Part shown: positions 37,421 through 46,970 of the stretch, piece by piece
How positions within the stretch are numbered: the first letter of the stretch is position 1
Layout: each line of letters starts with the position of its first letter
Assembly: GCA_040772365.1 (NCBI GenBank)
Contig: JAXGYI010000003.1
Location: 7,234-71,233, forward strand
Direction: 5' to 3'
Length of the DNA: 64,000 bases
Source: Candidatus Moraniibacteriota bacterium
Lineage (GTDB): Bacteria > Patescibacteriota > Minisyncoccia > Moranbacterales > GCA-2747515
The notes under the pieces: model-generated
What the model was told of the DNA's origin: nothing
The model's input: the letters and a program-made list of their open reading frames with translations, nothing else
The model's database searches: none
Position numbers and translations under genes: made by a program

Positions 37421-38575
37421 ATGAAAAAAATCTTGTTTTTCAACTATGAGTATCCACCACTGGGTGGGGGTGCGGCAAATGCCACAAAATATATCATGGA
37501 AGAATTTGCGCAACGTGGTGATGTCTGTGTAGATGTTGTGACCTCAGCAGTGGATAATCGTTACTATAGTGAAAAGATTGGTGGTTGTGTGACGATTCAC
37601 TACGTTCCTATTGGACAGAAGTCGCATCAGCTCAACTTTCAGACAAAACGACAACTCCTCATGTACAGTTGGCGCGCACTGCGGTATGGATTGCGATTGT
37701 CTCGACAGCAGCGCTATGACATGACGCACAGCTTTTTTGCTGTGCCGTGTGGCGTGCTGTCGCTCTTGATGAAGAAGCGCCGTGGATTGCCATACATCGT
37801 ATCATTGCGTGGCGCTGATGTGCCGGGGTATAGTGAGCGCTTTATGCAGATCTATGGAATTTTACGGCCGCTGGTGCGACGCGTGTGGCGCGAGGCAGCA
37901 CATGTTGTGACAAATAGTCAGGGACTCAAAGAGCTTGCCGCTATGAGTGCACCAACACAGATGTTTCTCCATATCCCCAATGGCGTGGATACGCATTTTT
38001 ATACACCGGGCACACGTACGGCTGTAGATCGGCAAAAAGAATTTCGCATCTTGTGTGCGGCACGTCTCTCACGCCGCAAGGGATTTACCGATGCAATTAC
38101 AGCATTTGCTGCAATTGCGCATGATTATCCACATGCTACACTAACGATCGCTGGCGGAGAAGGCAATGCTACTGTGGAGCTGAAAGATCAGGCGCTGCAA
38201 ACAGGATATGGGCACCGTATCGCATTTACTGGTTTATACACAAAAGAGCAGTCGCCAGACATTTACCGTGCGGCAGATGTTTTTGTGATGCCATCGTACA
38301 ATGAAGGAATGAGCAATAATGTGTTGGAAGCGTTGGCATCAGGATTGCCGATTATAATGACGCCAACGGGTGGATCGCAAGAAACTGTGCAAAATGGCAG
38401 TAATGGTTTTATCGTGCCGATGCACAATCCTGACGCGATTGCTATGGCATTGCGACAATTGATGGATGAGGATGGGCTGTGCGAGCGCATGGGCGACGCA
38501 AGCCGTGCACACGCCCTTACAATGAGTTGGGATAGTGTGGCGCAGAATTATTGGGATCTGTATCACAAAACATGA
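37421..38575 (+). CDS. GT4 glycosyltransferase
   Basis: YEYPPLGGG, IPNGVD, RKG, EGMSNNVLEALASG. Confidence 0.92.
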   Translation: MKKILFFNYEYPPLGGGAANATKYIMEEFAQRGDVCVDVVTSAVDNRYYSEKIGGCVTIHYVPIGQKSHQLNFQTKRQLLMYSWRALRYGLRLSRQQRYDMTHSFFAVPCGVLSLLMKKRRGLPYIVSLRGADVPGYSERFMQIYGILRPLVRRVWREAAHVVTNSQGLKELAAMSAPTQMFLHIPNGVDTHFYTPGTRTAVDRQKEFRILCAARLSRRKGFTDAITAFAAIAHDYPHATLTIAGGEGNATVELKDQALQTGYGHRIAFTGLYTKEQSPDIYRAADVFVMPSYNEGMSNNVLEALASGLPIIMTPTGGSQETVQNGSNGFIVPMHNPDAIAMALRQLMDEDGLCERMGDASRAHALTMSWDSVAQNYWDLYHKT

Positions 38576-39531
38576 TGAGGCATATGGGAAAGAAATCTAT
38601 ACACATGATAGTGCGATGGGTTGTAGCATGTGCATTAATTGGCATCTTAATTGTCAATGTGCATTGGCATGATGTATGGCATGCGCTTATGGGTGTGCGC
38701 ATAGAATACCTTGCTGCGTTTATCGTGTTTTATCTTGCTGGTATTGTTATTAGCGCACGTAAGTGGCAAGATCTTGCAGTAATTGCAAAATTCCGACGTC
38801 ACTATACATTTTATTTTTCAACCTACTTCGTTGGAATCTTTATCAACCACTTTCTCCCGTCATTTATTGGTGGCGATACGTATCGTATTTACGCACTGGG
38901 GCGTCGGGAGCGACGCATGGCAGACGCAACAGCAACAGTCGTGTGGGATCGCGTGAGTGGTCTTGTAGTATTTGCACTCCTTGCGCTTGTGGGGCCGTTG
39001 CTATATGCTGATGTGCTATTACAACACCCACGGATAGAGGTGTTTTTCATCGGGATGATCACGGGAATCGCTGTGGTTGCTGGCGGTGTATTTGCCATGC
39101 GCTTTCAACGCATACGGCGGCTTGCTAGATATGTTCCACGTCGTATTGCGGCATTGTTGCGATCGTTCTATCGCCTCTATACGCCGCGGACAGTATTTAT
39201 TGCTGGTGCGTGGTCAACAGTATTTTCCCTCATTGCTGTCGGCTGTGCCAATCTCATGCTATTTTATGCGTTTGATGTAGAAATATCATTGCGCGCATAT
39301 GGAAGTGTTATTTTCTTGACAAATATTTTGGCAGCGCTGCCGATTAGTGTGGGGAATATCGGTATCAAAGAGTGGGCGTATATCATGCTGTTCGGGATAT
39401 TTGGGATTGAGAGCAGTGTGCTTGTAGCGATCGTTATGCTCTCACGTGTATTACAGATGGTAGTGAGTCTTTCTGCAGTACCACTGTACCTGCGCCGACG
39501 TGATGAGGTAGTGCAAAAAAGCGTCGCATAG
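38572..39531 (+). CDS. Lysylphosphatidylglycerol synthase TM / UPF0104 flippase-like membrane protein
   Basis: NHFLPSFIGGD, DRVSGL, LPISVGNIGIKE. Confidence 0.88.
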   Translation: MMRHMGKKSIHMIVRWVVACALIGILIVNVHWHDVWHALMGVRIEYLAAFIVFYLAGIVISARKWQDLAVIAKFRRHYTFYFSTYFVGIFINHFLPSFIGGDTYRIYALGRRERRMADATATVVWDRVSGLVVFALLALVGPLLYADVLLQHPRIEVFFIGMITGIAVVAGGVFAMRFQRIRRLARYVPRRIAALLRSFYRLYTPRTVFIAGAWSTVFSLIAVGCANLMLFYAFDVEISLRAYGSVIFLTNILAALPISVGNIGIKEWAYIMLFGIFGIESSVLVAIVMLSRVLQMVVSLSAVPLYLRRRDEVVQKSVA

Positions 39532-39533
39532 CA

Positions 39534-40613
39534 CTACTGCACTCTATTCATCCGGAGACGAAGATCCTCTTCTTGTAGCGCTGCAATCATGGCAGCGATA
39601 TCGCCATCGAGAATGGTCTCCATATTGCTCCAGCTGTGCTTGATGCGATGATCTGTGATACGATCTTGTGGGAAGTTGTACGTGCGGATTTTTTCACTGC
39701 GGTCGCCGGTGCCGACTTGGCTGCGACGCGTGTCATCGATTTCCTTGGCGTGTTTTTCTTCTTCAATTTGTAACAAACGTGACCGCAAGACTTTCATCGC
39801 CTTTGCCTTATTTTTGTGTTGGGATTTTTCATCTTGGCACGACACGACCGTGCCGGTAGGGATGTGGGTGATGCGCACGGCGCTCATGGTGGTGTTGACA
39901 CTCTGCCCGCCGGGCCCTGACGATGCAAACGTATCGATGCGTAAATCCCTGTCGTTGATGGTGATGTCAATTTCATCAGCCTCTGGCAGTACGGCGACGG
40001 TGGTTGTGGAAGTGTGTACACGACCCTGCTTCTCTGTTTCAGGGACGCGCTGCACGCGATGCACGCCGGATTCGTATTTCAGGAACTTAAAGACTGGTGG
40101 TGTGCCTGCCGGCGCCTCTACACCAAAAATCACTTCCTTGAACCCACCAATATCACTCGTATTGGTATGCAGTAGTGATACGCGCCATCCATTACGCTCA
40201 GCGAACCGGTTATACATACGAAAAAGATCGGCAGCAAAGAGTGCTGATTCATCACCGCCGGCACCGGCACGGATTTCCATGATGACGTTTTTGGTGTCGC
40301 GTGGATCGGTGGGCAAGAGGGCGATTTCCAATGTCTTTTCCATGTCGGGGATTTTTTCGGCGAGCATCGCGTTTTCTTCCATCGCCATCTGGATCAATTC
40401 GGGATCAGTTTCGGTATTCAAAATTTCTGCGTTGCTCTGCATGTCGGCGACAAGTTTTTCATAAGCAGTAATGTGTGCCATCGTATCCTCCAGTTCCGCT
40501 TGCTGTTTGCTCAGGCGGATCATTTCTTGCGGGTTGTCGGCAATATGTGGATCGGACAATGCCTTGCCGATCGCCGCGTATTCTTTTTTGACTTTTGCGA
40601 TGATGTCTTGCAT
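39534..40613 (-). CDS. prfA: Peptide chain release factor 1
   Basis: [24 protein letters not shown] (PxT), [24 protein letters not shown]. Confidence 0.97.
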   Translation of the reverse strand: MQDIIAKVKKEYAAIGKALSDPHIADNPQEMIRLSKQQAELEDTMAHITAYEKLVADMQSNAEILNTETDPELIQMAMEENAMLAEKIPDMEKTLEIALLPTDPRDTKNVIMEIRAGAGGDESALFAADLFRMYNRFAERNGWRVSLLHTNTSDIGGFKEVIFGVEAPAGTPPVFKFLKYESGVHRVQRVPETEKQGRVHTSTTTVAVLPEADEIDITINDRDLRIDTFASSGPGGQSVNTTMSAVRITHIPTGTVVSCQDEKSQHKNKAKAMKVLRSRLLQIEEEKHAKEIDDTRRSQVGTGDRSEKIRTYNFPQDRITDHRIKHSWSNMETILDGDIAAMIAALQEEDLRLRMNRVQ

Positions 40614-40914
40614 AAAAAATGTTTTCTCTTTGTTACTGTAGCGGTTTTTTCCGTCAGCGTCAATCATCGGATACGTAGCACTGCAGCGCAACGTGTGCAA
40701 GCAAAACCCCATATTAATGAAAAACACCAACCTTTGCACGGGTAGGAGTATTGTTTGAAATTTTTGTGGTTGAGGCTAGAAAGCGTTGATCTTGCAGATC
40801 GGACCATATCGTTTTCGTCAAACCAATGGACCGGACTACAGGCCAGCTCCAGCGAGAAGTTGCAATAGCAAAGATGTGGTTGTGGCGTGCCGTTGACGAG
40901 CTGTCGCCGCCGCC

Positions 40915-40943
40915 TTGACAACTTTCGTGTCTTTGTATAGTAT
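40915..40943 (+). promoter_or_regulatory. Sigma70 promoter of the infA operon
   Basis: TTGACA, 17 bp spacer, TAGTAT. Confidence 0.75.
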
Positions 40944-40953
40944 AGGGGATACA

Positions 40954-41083
40954 TGTTCAACACAATCCGGTAAGGGCGAAAAGAAGAGGATGTTCCATTG
41001 GGCGATCTACACGACTGAGGAATGGAATTCACGGAAATTATACCCTCTTGCTTTTTGGCGTTACGTGCGGATTGTAGACAACA
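40954..41083 (+). ncRNA. Putative structured RNA (infA leader or small ncRNA)
   Basis: Nested complementary segments acaatccg/cggattgt, gtaa/ttac, aaaagaagagg/cctcttgctttt and ttccatt/aatggaa form a rod of about 130 nt. Confidence 0.55.
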
Positions 41084-41095
41084 AGTAAAGATATT

Positions 41096-41311
41096 ATGGC
41101 AAAAAAAGATACGATCAAGATGGAGGGTGAAGTGTTGGAAACACTGCCAAGCACCACGTTTCGTGTGAAACTGGACAACGGGCATGAGGTTCTTGCACAT
41201 ATTTCCGGGCGCATGCGTGTGCACTACATCAAAATCCTTCCGGGTGATCGTGTTGTTGTGGAAATTAGTCCATATGATCTTACAAAGGGACGCATTACGC
41301 ATCGTCTGTAA
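41096..41311 (+). CDS. infA: Translation initiation factor IF-1
   Basis: [29 protein letters not shown]. Confidence 0.98.
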   Translation: MAKKDTIKMEGEVLETLPSTTFRVKLDNGHEVLAHISGRMRVHYIKILPGDRVVVEISPYDLTKGRITHRL

Positions 41312-41372
41312 GACAGGACAGCATCATCTTTTACTACTGTACTGGCATTCCTACAAGTAACATACTACGACC

Positions 41373-41486
41373 ATGAAAGTTCGTGCATCAGCAAAGAAAA
41401 TTTGTAAACAGTGTAAAATCGTTCGTCGTCGCGGGCGTGTATATGTTATTTGCGTGACGCCAAAACACAAACAGCGGCAAGGTTAA
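41373..41486 (+). CDS. rpmJ: 50S ribosomal protein L36 (below the ORF-track size cutoff)
   Basis: Manual translation [37 protein letters not shown]. Confidence 0.97.
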   Translation: MKVRASAKKICKQCKIVRRRGRVYVICVTPKHKQRQG

Positions 41487-41514
41487 GTATTTTTTGACTA
41501 TATTCATTACGCGT

Positions 41515-41904
41515 ATGATTCGCATTGCAGGTATCAACATTCCAGATGACAAGTGCATTGATGTGGCACTAACGTACATCTACGGTATCGGTCCGTCCAC
41601 AAGTAGGAAGATTTTGGCATCTCTCAAGATTGACGCATCGAAGCGCACCAAGGACTTAACAGAAGCACAGGCAAATCGTTTGCGTGATACGATTGAAAAA
41701 GAGTATCGCGTGGAAGGTGAATTGCGCCATGATCGTAAGATGGCTGTGCGTCGCCTTAAGGAGATTGGATCCTATCGTGGTACACGTCACCATAAAGGCT
41801 TGCCGGTTCGTGGGCAACGCACAAAAACCAATAACCGTACTGTGCGTGGCAATAAGCGCGTGACGATGGGAAGTGGTCGTGCAGCAGCAGCATCCAAGAC
41901 ATAG
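41515..41904 (+). CDS. rpsM: 30S ribosomal protein S13
   Basis: RIAGINIP, LTYIYGIG, YRGTRH, LPVRGQRTKTN. Confidence 0.97.
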   Translation: MIRIAGINIPDDKCIDVALTYIYGIGPSTSRKILASLKIDASKRTKDLTEAQANRLRDTIEKEYRVEGELRHDRKMAVRRLKEIGSYRGTRHHKGLPVRGQRTKTNNRTVRGNKRVTMGSGRAAAASKT

Positions 41905-41970
41905 GATGGGTTCCAGTTACTATGGAGGGAGTGTATGTGTGAAGTTTATTGTAAATGGTAATTTTGACGC

Positions 41971-42453
41971 ATGAGCGAACAAACACCAACAACCAAAGAG
42001 CATGAGCAGAATGTCGCCACAAAAGATGCGACAGCTGTATCAGAAGCACAGCAACAGAAAGAAGTGTCTGCTGCACCGGCAAAGCGCAAGAAGAGTGGTG
42101 CACGCCAGGTTCGTAAAGGACAGGCGCATGTGCAGTCTACATACAATAACACGATTGTGACAATTACGGATCTCAATGGTGCAGTGCTTGGCTGGTCAAG
42201 TTCTGGATCGCTGGGTTTTAAGGGTGCAAAAAAATCTACGCCATATGCTGCGTCACAGATTATCAATGCTGTATGGGAAAAAGTACAAAAACACAACATT
42301 AAGGAATTGCAGATTTATGTGAGTGGTGTGGGGAGCGGTCGTGATGCGGCAATGCGTGCTCTCGCAGCAAAAGGGATTGAGATTAGTCTCATCAAAGATG
42401 TTACACCGATTGCACATAATGGTTGCCGCAAGCGTAAACCACGTCGCGTATAA
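41971..42453 (+). CDS. rpsK: 30S ribosomal protein S11 with N-terminal extension
   Basis: STYNNTIVTITD, GFKGAKKSTPYAA, DVTPIAHNGCR. Confidence 0.97.
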   Translation: MSEQTPTTKEHEQNVATKDATAVSEAQQQKEVSAAPAKRKKSGARQVRKGQAHVQSTYNNTIVTITDLNGAVLGWSSSGSLGFKGAKKSTPYAASQIINAVWEKVQKHNIKELQIYVSGVGSGRDAAMRALAAKGIEISLIKDVTPIAHNGCRKRKPRRV

Positions 42454-42494
42454 TACTGTAGTATTTTTGTAAACAAGAAACCATTTTTATCACT

Positions 42495-43115
42495 ATGGCA
42501 CGACACAGAGGGTCAAAATCTAAAATTTGTCGCCGTTTCGGCGAGAATCTCTACGGATCAGACAAGTACGATCGTATTTTAGCGCGCAAAAATTATGCGC
42601 CAGGTATGCACGGGAAAAGTTTTGGACGTAGTAAAAGTGAATACGGCAAACAGCTACTCATGAAACAGAAGGCGAAGTACGTCTACGGTATTTTGGAGAA
42701 ACAGTTTCGCAAGCATTACGAGGATGTGAAAAATCGCCCCGGTGTAACAGGTGACCTGCTTTTGGCACGTTTGGAGCAGCGTTTGGATAACGTGGTGTAT
42801 CGTTTAGGATTTGCCAATACGCGACCGCAGGCGCGACAAGTAGTGAGCCATGGCATGATCTACGTTAATGGGAAGAAGATGACAATTCCTTCCTATGAGG
42901 TGAAAGTTGGTGATGAGATTACAATCAATCCGCATAAGAAGGATAACGGCTATTTCAAGAACCAAGAGCAGTATATTACTCACAAAAAAACTGTACCAAG
43001 TTGGTTGAGCTTGGATCAAAAATCATGGAAAGGGTCTATTGTTGCGCTACCAAAGCGCGAGGATTGTGACGCGCATATCAATGCACAAATCATTGTAGAA
43101 TTCTATTCCAAATAA
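42495..43115 (+). CDS. rpsD: 30S ribosomal protein S4
   Basis: PGMHG, SEYG, KQK, LEQRLDNVVYRLG, IVEFYSK. Confidence 0.97.
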   Translation: MARHRGSKSKICRRFGENLYGSDKYDRILARKNYAPGMHGKSFGRSKSEYGKQLLMKQKAKYVYGILEKQFRKHYEDVKNRPGVTGDLLLARLEQRLDNVVYRLGFANTRPQARQVVSHGMIYVNGKKMTIPSYEVKVGDEITINPHKKDNGYFKNQEQYITHKKTVPSWLSLDQKSWKGSIVALPKREDCDAHINAQIIVEFYSK

Positions 43116-43152
43116 TTTTTTATCCCTTTCATAATTTTTTAAACACAACGTT

Positions 43153-43887
43153 ATGGCAATCATTCCTATTCCACAGCCATCACAATATACAGACGGTAAG
43201 GATCATACAGGCACTGTGGAGATTCCTGGATGTTATCCTGGATATGGCACAACACTTGGCAATGCAATTCGTCGCGTACTCCTCTCATCAATTGAGGGCG
43301 CGGCAATTACCTCTGTCAAGATCAAGGGTGTGGCGCATGAATTTTCCTCTATTGAAGGTGTCTTGGAGGATGCCGTGCAAATCATTTTAAACTTAAAGCA
43401 TGTACGTTTGCGCATGGACGGCAATGAGAAGATGACAGCAACGATTTCTGCAAAAGGTGAGGGTGTGATTACTGCCGGAGACATCAAGACAACAACTGGC
43501 TTAGAGATTGTTGATCCCGCGCAGCATATTGCAACTATTACAGATAAGAAGGCATCTTTGGAGATGGAGATGACGGTGGAAAAGGGGATTGGTTATGTCT
43601 CTAGCGACCATCATCAGGATGTGGAAAAAGAAGTGGGGTCTATCATGATTGATGCAGTGTATACGCCCGTGAAACGCGTGAATTATAATGTGGAGAATAT
43701 GCGTGTGGGGAAGCGTACGGACTATGAAAAAGTCACATTGGAAATCGTTACGGATGGGAGTATTGCACCGCAGGAGGCATTTGATCAAGCCGTGGATATT
43801 TTGGTAGAGCAGTTTAGCGCACTATCGGCAACTGGTGGAGTGGCTACGGATAACAATGCGGATGATGATGGTGAGGATAAAGAGTAG
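43153..43887 (+). CDS. rpoA: RNA polymerase alpha subunit lacking the alpha-CTD
   Basis: GYGTTLGNAIRRVLLSS, HEFSSIEGV, YTPVKRVNY, TDGS; ends at 244 aa. Confidence 0.96.
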   Translation: MAIIPIPQPSQYTDGKDHTGTVEIPGCYPGYGTTLGNAIRRVLLSSIEGAAITSVKIKGVAHEFSSIEGVLEDAVQIILNLKHVRLRMDGNEKMTATISAKGEGVITAGDIKTTTGLEIVDPAQHIATITDKKASLEMEMTVEKGIGYVSSDHHQDVEKEVGSIMIDAVYTPVKRVNYNVENMRVGKRTDYEKVTLEIVTDGSIAPQEAFDQAVDILVEQFSALSATGGVATDNNADDDGEDKE

Positions 43888-43907
43888 TGATATTTTAGTA
43901 TAAAGTC

Positions 43908-44381
43908 ATGAAGAACAGAAAAGTAGGACGACAATTTGGTCGCGTGCGTGCACAGCGCAAAGCATTGTTATATAGTCTTGTGAGTAGTGTAATTATTCAC
44001 GGGCGCATTCAGACAACAGAAGCGAAAGCAAAAGAAACAAAAAGTGCCGTGGATAAGATCATTACAATAGCCAAGCGCGCAGCAGATCGTCCCATGGAAA
44101 TGGTGCGTAAACTGGAAGGATTAATCTCACCGCAGGCAATTGCTGTATTGCGTGCCGACATGCAACGTTTTGCTACGCGTACCAGCGGATATAGTCGCGT
44201 GATCAAATGCGTGCCACGGACAAGTGACGGTGCCCGCATGGCAATCATTGAACTCGTGGATCGCGAACAAAAATCGACACATGCAACTTCTTCTGCAAAA
44301 AAGACTACACAGAAGGAGAAAGAGGATGTGAAGGAGGAAGCAACGGCGCGCGACACTACTGCACCAGTATCAGATAATTAA
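43908..44381 (+). CDS. rplQ: 50S ribosomal protein L17
   Basis: IQTTEAKAKE, SGYSRVIK, RTSDGARMAIIELV. Confidence 0.96.
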   Translation: MKNRKVGRQFGRVRAQRKALLYSLVSSVIIHGRIQTTEAKAKETKSAVDKIITIAKRAADRPMEMVRKLEGLISPQAIAVLRADMQRFATRTSGYSRVIKCVPRTSDGARMAIIELVDREQKSTHATSSAKKTTQKEKEDVKEEATARDTTAPVSDN

Positions 44382-44395
44382 TTGACGTGACGATC

Positions 44396-44785
44396 ATGAA
44401 ACGACAAACCCATCTTTTTGATGCACAGAACAAAGTACTCGGACGTCTCGCAACAGAAATTGCGACAGTGCTTTCTGGGAAGGATCGTGTTGACTATACA
44501 CCGCACATTGACGATGGCGGTACAGTTGTGGTAATCAATGCTGCACGCGTACATCTTACTGGTACAAAGGAGCTTGATAAGAAATACCATCGCTATACAG
44601 GGTATTCTGGCGGTATTCGCACAATCACAGTGAAGGAGCAGCGTGAAAAGGATGCACGTGAGATCATTCGTGTTGCCGTGAAGGGCATGTTACCAAAGAA
44701 TAAACTTGGTCGTGCCATGCAAAAACGTCTTTTTATTTACAATGATGCAGCGTATACGGAGCATATTGATGTAACGCACGCATAA
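44396..44785 (+). CDS. rplM: 50S ribosomal protein L13
   Basis: LGRLATEIA, YTPHIDDG, VVVINA, AVKGMLPKN. Confidence 0.96.
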   Translation: MKRQTHLFDAQNKVLGRLATEIATVLSGKDRVDYTPHIDDGGTVVVINAARVHLTGTKELDKKYHRYTGYSGGIRTITVKEQREKDAREIIRVAVKGMLPKNKLGRAMQKRLFIYNDAAYTEHIDVTHA

Positions 44786-44810
44786 TTTTGCAACTAATTT
44801 TTTTGAGTGT

Positions 44811-45269
44811 ATGATGGCGACAACGAAGGAGACAACAAAGAAAAACGATTCTACGCTTTTTTCTGGCGTGTATCACTATGGTGTGGGGCGGCGCAAAACG
44901 GCAGTGGCGCAGGTGCGCGTGTACTGTGATGTTAAAGGTGCTGTGGATAGCGCGGGACTTGTGGTCAATGGTAAGCCATTTGATACGTATTTTACAACAG
45001 CAACGCAGAAAGAAGCCTTTCTCGCATCGTTGAAGGCTGTGGGGCTACATGAAAAATGTGCTGTTTCCGTGGTGGTCAAAGGCGGTGGATTGTCTGGTCA
45101 GGCTGATGCAATTAAAATGGGCATGGCACGTGCATTGGTGCGTTATGATGAGGCGCTACGTCCCTCGCTTAAAGCGGAAGGACTACTCACGCGCGATGCG
45201 CGTCAAGTGGAACGCAAGAAGCCGGGATTGCGCAAGGCGCGTCGCGCACCGCAGTGGAGCAAGCGCTAG
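44811..45269 (+). CDS. rpsI: 30S ribosomal protein S9
   Basis: GRRKTAVAQV, GGGLSGQADA, ERKKPGLRKARRAPQWSKR. Confidence 0.97.
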   Translation: MMATTKETTKKNDSTLFSGVYHYGVGRRKTAVAQVRVYCDVKGAVDSAGLVVNGKPFDTYFTTATQKEAFLASLKAVGLHEKCAVSVVVKGGGLSGQADAIKMGMARALVRYDEALRPSLKAEGLLTRDARQVERKKPGLRKARRAPQWSKR

Positions 45270-45312
45270 GATATTCTCGCATCCGCATAACTTCTTACTC
45301 TGTATTTTTCAC

Positions 45313-45343
45313 AACCACCCCGACACATCATGGGGTGGTTTTT
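45313..45343 (+). terminator. Intrinsic terminator after rpsI
   Basis: aaccacccc/ggggtggtt stem followed by a T run. Confidence 0.75.
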
Positions 45344-45426
45344 GTGTGCTAATAGCCGATTGACAGATAGCACCTTACAGATTTCTCCTGTAGTACCTAC
45401 ATACGTTGATCGTATGCGGATTGCTG

Positions 45427-46842
45427 TTATTTCTTACTCACTTTGGTGCCGTCGGCAGAGTCGGTGACAGTATAGCCTTTGGCAAGTAGATCGTCGCGTA
45501 GTGCGTCGGATGTAGTAAAGTCTTTGGCTGCGCGTGCGGCGTCGCGTGCGGCGGCGATGGCGAGGATGTCGTCGGGAATCGGATCAGCATGCGCTTCTGT
45601 GTGGATGCCGAGTGCAGTGAGCGCTTTGGTAAAAAAAGTGCGAACCTCGTCGGCATTGGCAAGCGACGTTGTGGCAGTGTGCGTGTTGATGGCTGTTGCG
45701 AGACGCAGGAGTACTGTGATGGCGAGGGGTGTGTTGAGATCGTCATCCATGGCGTTGTCAAAATTTGTGCGTTCAGCGGTGATGTCCAGTGTTGTGCCGC
45801 CGGTGCTGCTCTGTGCGAGGCGTTCCAGCGCGCCCAAAAGTGTATGACGGTTTTTTTGCGCCTGTGCGAGGGCGTCCCACGTGAAGTTCATTTGCGAACG
45901 GTAGTGCGAGAGGAGAAAGAGCATGCGCAGATCCATGGGATCAAATCCGCGATCGGTGATGTCTTCCAGTGTGTACATATTGCCCTTGGATTTACTCATC
46001 TTTGCGCCGTCTACTTGCAAGTGACGTGTGTGTAGCCAAAAATGTGCAAACGGTACGCCGTTGGCGGACTCAGATTGCGCAATCTCCGCTTCGTGGTGAG
46101 GAAAGATGTTATCTTCGCCGCCAGTGTGGATGTCAAACGTCGGACCTAAGTAGTCCACACTCATTGCCGAGCACTCAATGTGCCACCCCGGATAGCCTAC
46201 AGACCACGGCGCATCCCATTTCATGAGGTGATTTTTCGGCGCCTTGAGCCACAATGCAAAGTCCCACTGGTTACGCTTATCGGGGTGCGGATCTTCCAGG
46301 CGTGCGCCGATGGCGAGTTTTTCCACGGTATTGCCGCTGAGTGTGCCATAGCGATCAAAAGACGCCACGTCAAAAAAAACGTTACCGTTTTTTTCATAGG
46401 CATGTCCCTTGGCGAGAAGTGTTTCAATGAGGCGGATCATGTGCGGGATGTGTTCCGTGGCGCGCGGGTTATAGTGCGCGGGGAGGATGTTCATTTTTTC
46501 TTGTGTGGCAAATGCGTACTCTTCGTAAAATCGCGCGATTTCTTGAGGTGTCTTTTTTTCTTTGGCGGCAGCTTTTACCATTTTGTCGTCGCCGCTGTCG
46601 CCCTGTGCTACGTCGTCGTCGGTGAGATGCCCGACGTCGGTGATGTTTTTGATCATACGTACTTCATAGCCGCGATAGGTGAGATAGCGGCGGATCACGT
46701 CGGCGTTGCTATAGGCGCGTAGGTTGCCGATGTGGATGTAGTTGTAGACGGTGGGACCGCAGGTATACATGCCAACCTTCCCGGGGTTGATGGAGGTGAA
46801 AACATCTTTTTGCTTGGTGAGGGTGTTGTAGAATGTCAACAT
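45427..46842 (-). CDS. cysS: Cysteine--tRNA ligase
   Basis: YTCGPTVY, HIGN, PGWHIECSAM, FPHHE, KMSKS. Confidence 0.97.
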   Translation of the reverse strand: MLTFYNTLTKQKDVFTSINPGKVGMYTCGPTVYNYIHIGNLRAYSNADVIRRYLTYRGYEVRMIKNITDVGHLTDDDVAQGDSGDDKMVKAAAKEKKTPQEIARFYEEYAFATQEKMNILPAHYNPRATEHIPHMIRLIETLLAKGHAYEKNGNVFFDVASFDRYGTLSGNTVEKLAIGARLEDPHPDKRNQWDFALWLKAPKNHLMKWDAPWSVGYPGWHIECSAMSVDYLGPTFDIHTGGEDNIFPHHEAEIAQSESANGVPFAHFWLHTRHLQVDGAKMSKSKGNMYTLEDITDRGFDPMDLRMLFLLSHYRSQMNFTWDALAQAQKNRHTLLGALERLAQSSTGGTTLDITAERTNFDNAMDDDLNTPLAITVLLRLATAINTHTATTSLANADEVRTFFTKALTALGIHTEAHADPIPDDILAIAAARDAARAAKDFTTSDALRDDLLAKGYTVTDSADGTKVSKK

Positions 46843-46970
46843 AGATACGCAATAATCAACAAAAGCAGGCCTAAGACCTGCTCTCACTATAACACAATCC
46901 ACGGGGAAACTTCAATTGCATCTCACCATTCGCACTGCGGGTTATGTGTTACCAGCTATGCGTACCACCA

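Noticed and set aside
40614-40739. N-terminal extension of RF1 (similar extended starts for cysS, secE, corA and the S8 protease)
   Set aside because: The ORF caller took the most upstream start; homology and promoter positions favour the downstream ATGs
40826-40918. 30-aa ORF MDRTTGQLQREVAIAKMWLWRAVDELSPPP
   Set aside because: No recognisable motif and it overlaps the infA -35 box; no supporting evidence
39655-41302. Long antisense ORFs over prfA and infA (similar ones over dnaK, cysS and the DUF5648 genes)
   Set aside because: Shadow ORFs opposite well-supported genes
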